Assembly: GCA_963780225.1 (NCBI GenBank)
Contig: CAWAAX010000026.1
Span: 187,997 to 251,996 of the forward strand
Direction: 5' to 3'
DNA length: 64,000 nt
DNA from: an uncultured bacterium
GTDB taxonomy: Bacteria; Edwardsbacteria; AC1; EtOH8
The position numbers were made by a program, and so were the translations under genes. Under the pieces are notes generated by a model. That model was not told where the DNA came from. It was given only the letters and a program-made list of their open reading frames with translations, and did no database searches. Numbering within the stretch: the stretch's first letter is position 1; each line of letters begins with the position of its first letter. Positions 1 to 8,373 of this stretch are shown here, in pieces.

Positions 1-357
1 CTCCGGGAAAAAGTGGAACAGGTCGTAAAGGAGCCTGGAAAAAGGGTCGGGTACGGTCAATATCTTGTCGGCCCGGTAACTGCGGACGAATTCCAAGTTG
101 GCCCGGATGTCCCTGTCCCGGGGGCTCAGATACTGGGCCCGGCGGTAGCTGGCCACGGCCTGCCCGGTCCGGCCGCCCTTGAAATAGGCGTTACCCAGGT
201 TATACAGCACGGCGGCATCGGGCACGGCCTGCAGGGCTTGCTGGTAGGCGGCCACGGCCTGTGGATAGTCGTTCTGGGAATAGTACTTATTGCCCTGGTT
301 GTACGAATCAGCCGGGCTCAAGGCTATTGTGATATAAAGTAATAGATGGGTCAGCAT
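1..357 (-). CDS. BatE-like TPR protein, 3' end beyond the window edge
   Basis: Manual translation from ATG 357: MLTHLLLYITIALSPADSYNQGNKYYSQNDYPQAVAAYQQAL...VLYNLGNAYFK; TPR pattern, follows BatD. Confidence 0.75.
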   Translation of the reverse strand, partial: MLTHLLLYITIALSPADSYNQGNKYYSQNDYPQAVAAYQQALQAVPDAAVLYNLGNAYFKGGRTGQAVASYRRAQYLSPRDRDIRANLEFVRSYRADKILTVPDPFSRLLYDLFHFFPE

Positions 358-381
358 GATATCAAAAGATTAAATTGGGGG

Positions 382-2169
382 CTATAGTTGGCTCAGGATC
401 TCCCGGGACCTTTCGAACAGCTCCCGGGGCGTTTTGTATGCGGCCTGTCCCGGAGAGAACCGGGCGATGTCGCATTGCTCGATTATCTCAATGATCTTGT
501 CCACCAGCCCGGGCGCCAGGCTCAGTTCCAGCAGCCCGGCCTTAAGCTGGTCCTTGGAGAGGGCCTGGGTGTCCAGGTTGTAGCGGTCGCCCACATATCC
601 CAGCACCGCCTGGAAAAGCACGGCGTAAAACTCCTGGCGGGGATCGTCCTGCAGAAGCTTTTCGGCGGCCTTCAGCCTCTTTTTTACCAGGGCCCCGGAT
701 TTATATTTGCGGGCGTAGCCCCGGTCGCTGTCCAATTTATTGCGGTGGGCGCGGTAGAAGAATGAGGCACCCAATACAGCCAACGACAGCAGATAGCCCG
801 ATCCCAGCAACCACCATGGCATCTGAGCGACTGGTCTGATCTCCGTCCTGTCCGGCTTGATGTAATTGATGTCGGTGCCCAGCACCTTCAGGCCGGTGGC
901 CTCCACCAGCGGGGCGTTTGGGGTGCAGCCGGTGGCGGTGCATTCCAGCACTTTGGACTGCAGGGTGTGGTAGCTTTTGTCGCCGGGATCAAAGTAGGCC
1001 ATCTTGATCACAGGCAGGACGTACTTGCCGTCGGCCTGGGGGATGACAGGGTAGCGGAAGGTCTTGGAGCCTTTGATGACATCGCCCGAGGTCTGGACCT
1101 GGTCCTTGATCTCGGGGTCAAGGATCTTCAGTCCCGTGATGGCCGGAATGACTGGTTTCTCGATCAACCGGATGTTCCCGGTGCCGGAGATCTTGATGGT
1201 CAGATTGATGGGCTCGCTGCCGGTGGTGGAGTCCCGGTCCAGCTCAGCGGTCATGGTGAACCTGCCCACCCCGCCGGTGAATTCCGCTGGCTTGCCGCTC
1301 TCCGGCAAAGGCAGCACGGTCAAGAGCAGGGGTTTGGATTCCACCTTGACGTTCTGGGTGGATCCAAAAAAGTCAAATATGTCCCGGGAGCGCTGGACTA
1401 TCTCCACATTCAGCGCCATGGGTTTTACCTCCAGCTTTCCGCTGGACATGGGGAACAGGGCCACCTTCTTCAGCAGGAAAACGTCGAACTGTTTGCCGTC
1501 CACCGTCTGGCGCTTGAACTCTATCTTCTGGGCGTCGTAGATCTTTTCGGTCCAGAAACCGCTGAAGGAAGGCTGTTCGGCCAGGTTCAGGCCGTTGATC
1601 TGAAAACGGTTGTAAAGGACGAATTCGGCGTTGATCTGCTCGCCCAGATAGACGGTCTTCTTGTCGCAGTGGGCCAAAAGATAAAGGTTCCCGTCCAGCG
1701 GTATCCGTCCCTGCGGGGTTTGAGGGTTTTGTCCCGCCTGCTGTCTGGGCTGGTTTGCCTGGGCGGTCTTGGTTACCTCGATGCTGATGGGCTGACTCTG
1801 GTATTCCTGGCCTTCGTAGTTAATTTTGCAGGCGCCGATGGTCAGCTGGCCGGCCTTTTTGGCGCTGAGGTAGTAGACGAAGTTGACGGTGGCCTGCTTT
1901 TTCATGCTGCCGTTGATGATCGAGATGCTGGTGGACTGCGAGGATGAATTGCCCAGCAGGTTGAAATCCGGCAGGTCGGGCAGCTGGGGCTTGGGCGCCG
2001 TGGCCATGCCCTCGCCCTGGACGGTGACAGTCAGGGTGAACTGCTCTCCCAAGCCCACCGTGCTCTGGTCCACCGAGGCGCTGAAATCAATGCTGGCAGC
2101 CAACAGCAAACCGGGCAGGGCAAGCACTGCAGCCGAAACATAAAAATATTTTAAAAATCTGTCAAACAA
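382..2169 (-). CDS. batD: BatD family protein
   Basis: Signal peptide, repeated beta-rich domains (SSSQSTSISIING, GGVGRF), C-terminal TM; Bat operon context. Confidence 0.85.
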   Translation of the reverse strand: MFDRFLKYFYVSAAVLALPGLLLAASIDFSASVDQSTVGLGEQFTLTVTVQGEGMATAPKPQLPDLPDFNLLGNSSSQSTSISIINGSMKKQATVNFVYYLSAKKAGQLTIGACKINYEGQEYQSQPISIEVTKTAQANQPRQQAGQNPQTPQGRIPLDGNLYLLAHCDKKTVYLGEQINAEFVLYNRFQINGLNLAEQPSFSGFWTEKIYDAQKIEFKRQTVDGKQFDVFLLKKVALFPMSSGKLEVKPMALNVEIVQRSRDIFDFFGSTQNVKVESKPLLLTVLPLPESGKPAEFTGGVGRFTMTAELDRDSTTGSEPINLTIKISGTGNIRLIEKPVIPAITGLKILDPEIKDQVQTSGDVIKGSKTFRYPVIPQADGKYVLPVIKMAYFDPGDKSYHTLQSKVLECTATGCTPNAPLVEATGLKVLGTDINYIKPDRTEIRPVAQMPWWLLGSGYLLSLAVLGASFFYRAHRNKLDSDRGYARKYKSGALVKKRLKAAEKLLQDDPRQEFYAVLFQAVLGYVGDRYNLDTQALSKDQLKAGLLELSLAPGLVDKIIEIIEQCDIARFSPGQAAYKTPRELFERSREILSQL

Positions 2170-2276
2170 AAGTGTTTACTGTTAAAAGTTTGGTGTTTGG
2201 AGTTTGTAAGCTATCGAGTAAATCATCGGGCAGGTGGTACCCAAATCCCTCATATCAAATCACAGACCACAAATGG

Positions 2277-3944
2277 TTACCAGTCCTTGTCTCCTTTGTT
2301 CTGGTCCTGCGGCCTTTCCTTCTGCTTCTTCATGTTCTCCTTTTCCTTGTTCTGCAGGGCCTGAAGCATGCGGTCGGCGTCGTCCTTGTTGATCTGTCCC
2401 TTTTGGGGCTGGGGTTTGGGCTGCTGCTGTTGCTGGGGCTGTTGTTTCTGCTGCTGCTGGCTTTGCTGTTGGTCCTGTTTGGTGGAATCGCTTTTGGACT
2501 CCTCTTTTTTCTTCCAACAAAATTCCAGGTTCTGCTTGGCCTGCCGGTCGCCGGGATCCATCACCAGGGCGGCGGTGTATGATCCGATGGCCTCGTCTAG
2601 CTTCTGCTCCTTGAACTGGCAGTTGCCGATGTTGTACAGGGTCCGGGCCTGCAGTTTCTTGTCCTTGGTCAGCAGGGACAGCTGGAACTCGGAAACGGCC
2701 TCGGGATATTTGTTCAGTTTGTAGAGCGCCCGGCCGATGTTATAGTGTATCTTAACATTATCCGGCTCAAAAACCAAGGCCTCCTGGTATTTTTTAAGGG
2801 CTTCCTCGTAATTGCCCTTTTTGTAGGCCTTGTTGCCGGAGCGCATTTCGGAGCCGATGCCGGCCTCTGCGACTGCAGAGTGCAGAAGGCAGAAGGCAAA
2901 AATCAGAATTGTAAATTTGAAACGAGATAGCTTTAGTTCAGGGAACCATTTTCCCCGCCGGTCGCTGATGAATATCCCGGCTATGATGAATATGAAGGCC
3001 GCCAGCAAAAAGTACTGATAGCGTTCCTGGTACTGCACAAAATCTCCCCCGCCGATGTCCTTCTTCTTCAGCTGGTCCAGCGACAACAGCAGGGCGTCCA
3101 GGTTAAGGGCCTGGCTCCGGAAATAGCGGCCGCCTGAGGCCTTGGCCATCACCAGCAGCAGGCGCTCGGCCAGCCGGGAGACCACCACCTTGTCCTCCTT
3201 GTCCTTCTTGTAGGAAACACCGTAGCCGCTCTGGTCGCTCTCCGGTATGGTGGAGCCCTCCAAAGTGCCCACCCCCACCGCGTAGATCCGGATGCCCTGC
3301 TCGGCCGCCAGCTTGGCCGCCTGCATGGGGTCGCCCTCCAGGTTGTCGCCGTCGGTGATCAGCACCAGGGCCTTTGAGGCATTCTCCTTGGCTTCGAACA
3401 GGGTGGAGGAGACCTCGATGGCCCGCTGGATGTTGGTGCCGGGCTTGGGAATGTTGCCGGGCTCGATGATGTCCAAGAACATCTTGGCGGCGTCCACATC
3501 CGTTGTCAGCGGGCACATCACGTAGCAGTCGCCGGCAAAGGCGGTGATGCCCACCTGGTTGGCGCTAAGGTTGTCCAGCAGCGAGGACACTTCCACCTTG
3601 GCCCGCTCCAGCCGGCTGGGCTGGATGTCTCCGGCCAGCATGCTCTTGGAGGCGTCCAGGGCGATCACCACGTCAATGCCCCGGCCCTTGTAGCTCTGCA
3701 GCTTTTCCCCCCACTGGGGCCGGGCCGCGGCCAGGATCAAAAAGAAGAGGCCGGCAAGCAGCAGCGCCGACTTGGCAAAGGCCAGCCTGCCGCTGTAATT
3801 GGCGCTGATCCTGTTCAGCATCTCCCGGTCGGCCAGCTTTTGACCGGCCCGGGCCTTAAGCCAGCGACCCCACAGCAGGGCCAGCACCATCAGGGGCAGG
3901 GCCAGCAGTAGGTAAAGATATTGCGGTTGGGCCCACTTGATCAT
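2277..3944 (-). CDS. BatB-BatC fusion: VWA domain, TM, TPRs, Gln-rich tail
   Basis: MIDAS DASKSM, LITDG, TPRs (YNIGNCQFK), poly-Q linker, terminal KDW. Confidence 0.85.
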   Translation of the reverse strand: MIKWAQPQYLYLLLALPLMVLALLWGRWLKARAGQKLADREMLNRISANYSGRLAFAKSALLLAGLFFLILAAARPQWGEKLQSYKGRGIDVVIALDASKSMLAGDIQPSRLERAKVEVSSLLDNLSANQVGITAFAGDCYVMCPLTTDVDAAKMFLDIIEPGNIPKPGTNIQRAIEVSSTLFEAKENASKALVLITDGDNLEGDPMQAAKLAAEQGIRIYAVGVGTLEGSTIPESDQSGYGVSYKKDKEDKVVVSRLAERLLLVMAKASGGRYFRSQALNLDALLLSLDQLKKKDIGGGDFVQYQERYQYFLLAAFIFIIAGIFISDRRGKWFPELKLSRFKFTILIFAFCLLHSAVAEAGIGSEMRSGNKAYKKGNYEEALKKYQEALVFEPDNVKIHYNIGRALYKLNKYPEAVSEFQLSLLTKDKKLQARTLYNIGNCQFKEQKLDEAIGSYTAALVMDPGDRQAKQNLEFCWKKKEESKSDSTKQDQQQSQQQQKQQPQQQQQPKPQPQKGQINKDDADRMLQALQNKEKENMKKQKERPQDQNKGDKDW

Positions 3945-4921
3945 GGCAGCCTCCGGGCCACGGTCAGCGACAGGGCCATTGTCAAAAGCATCAGGAACAG
4001 GGCCGGGAACAGGAACAGATAGGCTTTCTCTGAATACACGGTATGTCGGTTCACCTTGTAAGTGGTGGGTTCCAGTTGGTTGATCTCGTCGTAGATGATC
4101 TTCAGCGCTTCGTCATCGGTGGCCAGGAAGGCCTGTCCCCCGGTTATCTTGGCGATCTCGTCCAAAGGCTTCATGTCGAATTCCAGATTGACTGTCTGGG
4201 GCCGCTGTCCCCAGAAGGGGTCGTTGACCATGATGGTCACCGGGCCGTTGGTGCCGATGCCGATGCAGTAGACCTTGATGCCGAAGCTCTGGGCCAGCCG
4301 GGCGGCGGTCAGGGGGTCGATGTCCCCGGCGTTGTTCAGGCCGTCGGTCAGCAGGATGATCAGCTTGTCTTTAGACTTGGAGTCCTTTACCCGGGAGACG
4401 GCCGAGGCCAGCCCCATGCCGATGGCGGTGCGGGTGGGGTCGATGGTTCCCACCTGCAGCCGGTCGATGATGCCCCCCAGGATGGTACGGTTGACGGTCA
4501 GCGGGCACTGGGCCATGGAACCGTTGGCGAAGGCCACCAGCCCGATCCGGTCGCCCGACCGCTTGGCGATGAACTCCTTGGCCCTTTCCTTGGCCACGTA
4601 CAGCCGGTTCTTGGGGCTGAAATCCTCGTATTTCATGGTCTCCGAGACATCCAGGCACAGCATGATGTCCACACCCTTGGTCTCCACCTCCTCGTAAACC
4701 CTTCCCCGCTGGGGGCGGGCCAAAGCCAGGGTCATCAGGACCAGGGCCGAGATGTTCAAGGCCAGCAGCAGGTATTTAAGAATATCCGATCTTTTCTTAT
4801 AGGCGGCAAAGAAGGAAGTGTCGGAGAAGATGACCGCTCCGGTTCTCTTCTTCAGTTCCAGCCACAAAAGAAGGGCGATGGGCAGCAGCAGCAGCAGATA
4901 TAATGGCGAAGCGAAACGCAT
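3941..4921 (-). CDS. batA: BatA VWA-domain protein
   Basis: MRFASP N-terminus, ALARPQ, DVSETM, LLTDG. Confidence 0.85.
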   Translation of the reverse strand: MRFASPLYLLLLLPIALLLWLELKKRTGAVIFSDTSFFAAYKKRSDILKYLLLALNISALVLMTLALARPQRGRVYEEVETKGVDIMLCLDVSETMKYEDFSPKNRLYVAKERAKEFIAKRSGDRIGLVAFANGSMAQCPLTVNRTILGGIIDRLQVGTIDPTRTAIGMGLASAVSRVKDSKSKDKLIILLTDGLNNAGDIDPLTAARLAQSFGIKVYCIGIGTNGPVTIMVNDPFWGQRPQTVNLEFDMKPLDEIAKITGGQAFLATDDEALKIIYDEINQLEPTTYKVNRHTVYSEKAYLFLFPALFLMLLTMALSLTVARRLP

Positions 4922-4923
4922 AT

Positions 4924-5844
4924 CTATACGGCCTCCGTTGCAGGCTTTTCGCTTTTAGCCTTCCCGGCGGGTTCGGGAGGGAGGGGAATGGTCCTGGTTA
5001 TCAGATCCCTGACAATTGCCATGGCTTGAGCTGTCTCCTGTTCCGGGGGCACGGCCTTGGCGTATTTGACCAGGTCGGCCCGGTTCAAAAAGTCGGAGAA
5101 TTCCTGGCGCAAAGGTGTCTTATAAATTTTTAAATTAAAGACGATCTCGGTGGTGGTCTGCTCCACCGCATTGAACTCAAAACGCCGCTCGATGTAGCGT
5201 TTGAGGATTTCAGACAAGGCGTAGTAATATTTGCTGACAAAACCCTTGGCCAGCCATTCGTCCTTGGGCAGATTGTCCAATGCTTTCAACGCTTCCTCCC
5301 AGGGCGGCAGCGGGGCCAGGGCCAGTTCCTTGATCTTCTTAAGCTTTTTGTACAACTGCAAACTCAGGTAAACCAAGGCGGCCAGGACCAGGATCAGGGC
5401 CGGGATCAGCCACAGCCAGTAGTTGGGGAATTTTGCCTCGGGCTTGAGGTCGTTGATGTCCTGCATCTTGGGCGAGAGGACGCTGTTGATCTTCACCTTC
5501 AAGCTGTCGCTGCGCAGGGTGTCGGTCCTGTCCCCGGAGGACAGCAAGAAGAACAACCGGGGCAGGGCCTGCTCGCCGGCCTTGAACCCGGCCATCTTCA
5601 GGCGGTACAGGTTCTCGTTGTAGCCCTGGCGGCTCTTGGTCTTAAGCTGCTGGTCCAGGATCAGGAACGGTCCCAGGCTGTCGGCCAGAGGGCCGGTTAT
5701 TTTGCTGCTGTTGGAGTAGGTCAGCTTCAGCTCGACGTAAAAGGGATCGCCCACCGTCAGCTTTTTAGGGGAGCATTTGGTGGAAAGCGAGGGGCCGGAG
5801 GGCAGCTGGGTCAAAAGCAGCAATGTCAGAAGCAGATGGGTCAT
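4924..5844 (-). CDS. Bat-operon membrane protein (DUF4381/BatD-like)
   Basis: Signal peptide, Ig-like region, TM, EQTTTEI and ADLVKYAK motifs; ATG 5844 preferred over 5889. Confidence 0.7.
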   Translation of the reverse strand: MTHLLLTLLLLTQLPSGPSLSTKCSPKKLTVGDPFYVELKLTYSNSSKITGPLADSLGPFLILDQQLKTKSRQGYNENLYRLKMAGFKAGEQALPRLFFLLSSGDRTDTLRSDSLKVKINSVLSPKMQDINDLKPEAKFPNYWLWLIPALILVLAALVYLSLQLYKKLKKIKELALAPLPPWEEALKALDNLPKDEWLAKGFVSKYYYALSEILKRYIERRFEFNAVEQTTTEIVFNLKIYKTPLRQEFSDFLNRADLVKYAKAVPPEQETAQAMAIVRDLITRTIPLPPEPAGKAKSEKPATEAV

Positions 5845-6011
5845 TGTTTTCGGTATGGGTTTGGGTTTCTTATTTTGGACGCTGATCAACGCAGATTATG
5901 AAGATATAACATAGCTGTATAAAGTATATAACCAGTAAATATTTCCTGCATTCATGGTTCGATTTACTTACTACAAGTGGTTTCCTAATAAATGAAGGCC
6001 TTGGTCTTAGT

Positions 6012-6911
6012 TTAATGGAACCTCTTGGCCCGCTGCTTGAAGAACTTGTGCAGTTTGGGGGTAAAGTCCTCGGTGGTGGAAATGTCTATCTGGTCCACGC
6101 TGAGCTGTTTGAACAGCCGGTCCTTTTCCTGAAGGGCGTTCTGGGTGTAGCTGAAGAATCCCCGGGCCAGGCTTTTGTCGGAAAAGTTCACGGTGTGTAT
6201 CTTTCCGCTTTCGGCGTCCTCGACGTCCACCAGTCCGGCCGGGGGCAGGCTCTGCTCGGCCGGATCGCTGATGGACACGGCCACCAGGTCGTGGCGACGG
6301 GAGGCGATGCCCAGGGCCGTCTTGAAGTTCTCCGGCCGGTATCCCCGGCCCAAAAAATCTCCGATGAAGAACACGATGGCCCGGTGCTTAAGGATGTGCA
6401 TCAGGAACTCCAGGGCCGAGGACGGGCTGGTGCCCTTGTTCTCCGGCTTAAAATACAGGATGTCCCGGATCAGCCGCATCACGTGGAGCCGGCCCTTCTT
6501 GGGAGGGATGTACTTCTCCACCCGGTCGGTGAAGAACAGCAGGCCCACCTTGTCGTTGTTCTTGACCGCCGAAAAGGCCAGGGTGGCCGCCACCTGGGCG
6601 GCCTGCTCCACCTTGAAGCGGCCCCGGGTGCCGAAGTAGCCGGAACCCGAGGCATCCACGCACAGGATCACGGTCAGCTCCCGCTCCTCCACGAACTTTT
6701 TGACATAGGGGCGCCCCATCCGGGCGGTGACCTTCCAGTCTATGGACCGGACGTCGTCGCCGGGCTGGTATTCCCGCACGTCCACGAACTCCATGCCGGT
6801 GCCCTTGAAGGTGGACTTGTACTCACCGGCAAAGGTGGTGTTGACGATCTTCCGGGTGTGAAGCTCGATCTGGCGGATCTTTTTTATGAATTCAGGAGAT
6901 AGCATTTTCAA
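6012..6911 (-). CDS. DUF58 family protein
   Basis: GMEFVDVREYQPGDDVRSIDWKVTAR. Confidence 0.9.
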   Translation of the reverse strand: MKMLSPEFIKKIRQIELHTRKIVNTTFAGEYKSTFKGTGMEFVDVREYQPGDDVRSIDWKVTARMGRPYVKKFVEERELTVILCVDASGSGYFGTRGRFKVEQAAQVAATLAFSAVKNNDKVGLLFFTDRVEKYIPPKKGRLHVMRLIRDILYFKPENKGTSPSSALEFLMHILKHRAIVFFIGDFLGRGYRPENFKTALGIASRRHDLVAVSISDPAEQSLPPAGLVDVEDAESGKIHTVNFSDKSLARGFFSYTQNALQEKDRLFKQLSVDQIDISTTEDFTPKLHKFFKQRAKRFH

Positions 6912-6964
6912 CTAAACAGTTTTAAACAGTTTCAAACGTTTGAACCGTTTGAAACGTTGCGTGA

Positions 6965-7966
6965 TCAGGGAACCTCCACTCCGGCCAGGATCTTCTGGAT
7001 CACATCGTCGGTGCTTACTTCCTCGGCCTCGGCCTCGTAGGACAGGATTATCCGGTGCCGCAGGATGTCCCCGGCCAGCTCCTTGACGTCCTCGGGGATC
7101 ACAAAGCCGCGGCGCTTAAGGAAGGCCAGGGCCCTGGCGGCGGTGGTCAGGTTGATGGAGGCCCGGGGCGAGGCCCCGAAGCGGACCAGGCCCTTAAGCT
7201 CCTTAAGTCCGTATTTCTCCGGCTCGCGGGTGGCGAACACCAGGTCCACGATGTAATCCTTGATCTTCTTGTCGATGTAGATGCTCTTGCACAGCTCCCG
7301 GGCCTTGATGATGTCCGAGGTGTCAATCACCGGCTTGATCTTGGGTTCGCCGGCCCCGGCGATCCGCTCCACGATCTCCTTTTCCTCCTCCTTGCTGGGG
7401 TAGGTGATCTTGATCTTCAGCAGAAAGCGGTCCAGTTGCGCCTCGGGCAGGGGATAGGTGCCCTCCTGCTCGATGGGGTTCTGGGTGGCCAGCACCAGGA
7501 ATGGGTCGTCCAGCTTGAAGGTCTGCTCGCCGATGGTCACCTGTCGCTCCTGCATGGCCTCCAGCAAGGCGCTCTGCACTTTCGGGGGGGTGCGGTTGAT
7601 CTCGTCGGCCAGGATGAAGTTGGCGAAGATGGGGCCCTTGCTGGTGATGAATTCCCCGGTCTTCTGGTTGTAGATCAGCGTGCCCACGATGTCCGAGGGC
7701 AGCAGGTCGGGGGTGAACTGGATCCGCTGGTACCGGGCCTTGACGGCCGCCGCCACCGTCCGCACCGCGTAGGTCTTGGCCAGGCCGGGCACGCCCTCGA
7801 TCAGCAGGTGGCCGTTGGCCAGCAGGCCCACCAGCATCCGGCTGACCAGGTAGTTCTGCCCCACGATGGCCTTGGAGATCTCAGCGGTGATGGTCTGGAC
7901 GATGACGCTTTTCTTCTCGATCTCCTCGTTGAGCTTCTTGATGTCGTCGTTGTTGAACTGTTCCAT
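6965..7966 (-). CDS. moxR: MoxR family AAA+ ATPase
   Basis: EGVPGLAKT, RIQFTPDLLPSD, DEINR, ATQNPIEQEGTYPLPEAQLDRF. Confidence 0.95.
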   Translation of the reverse strand: MEQFNNDDIKKLNEEIEKKSVIVQTITAEISKAIVGQNYLVSRMLVGLLANGHLLIEGVPGLAKTYAVRTVAAAVKARYQRIQFTPDLLPSDIVGTLIYNQKTGEFITSKGPIFANFILADEINRTPPKVQSALLEAMQERQVTIGEQTFKLDDPFLVLATQNPIEQEGTYPLPEAQLDRFLLKIKITYPSKEEEKEIVERIAGAGEPKIKPVIDTSDIIKARELCKSIYIDKKIKDYIVDLVFATREPEKYGLKELKGLVRFGASPRASINLTTAARALAFLKRRGFVIPEDVKELAGDILRHRIILSYEAEAEEVSTDDVIQKILAGVEVP

Positions 7967-8373
7967 GGCTTATATTCTCCTTTAATTACTGACTTCTTTG
8001 GTCCGGGGGATACAACCCTATATTATAAAAAACATATTTTTTTTTGTCAAGGGGCAATGGTTGCGAAACGGCGGTTTGATGCACTTTGACCTGACCCGCG
8101 GATAGCTAAAAAACATAAACCCTTTAAAATAGATGATTACGGGTAAAAACCGGGAAAGTTTCATGATTATTTGATTTTCCAGCTGAAATCAGAAAACACT
8201 TGATTTTGGTTGGGTTTAAAGGTATGATTGAAACGATATAAACATTTACCTAAAACAAGAATGTTAAAGAAATATTTGGGAATTATTATTTTGCATTTTG
8301 CATCCATTCGTTTGCCAACCAAGGCAGCATTTCTCAGGACAAGTTATTTACACTTTGAAATCACCGAGGACAC

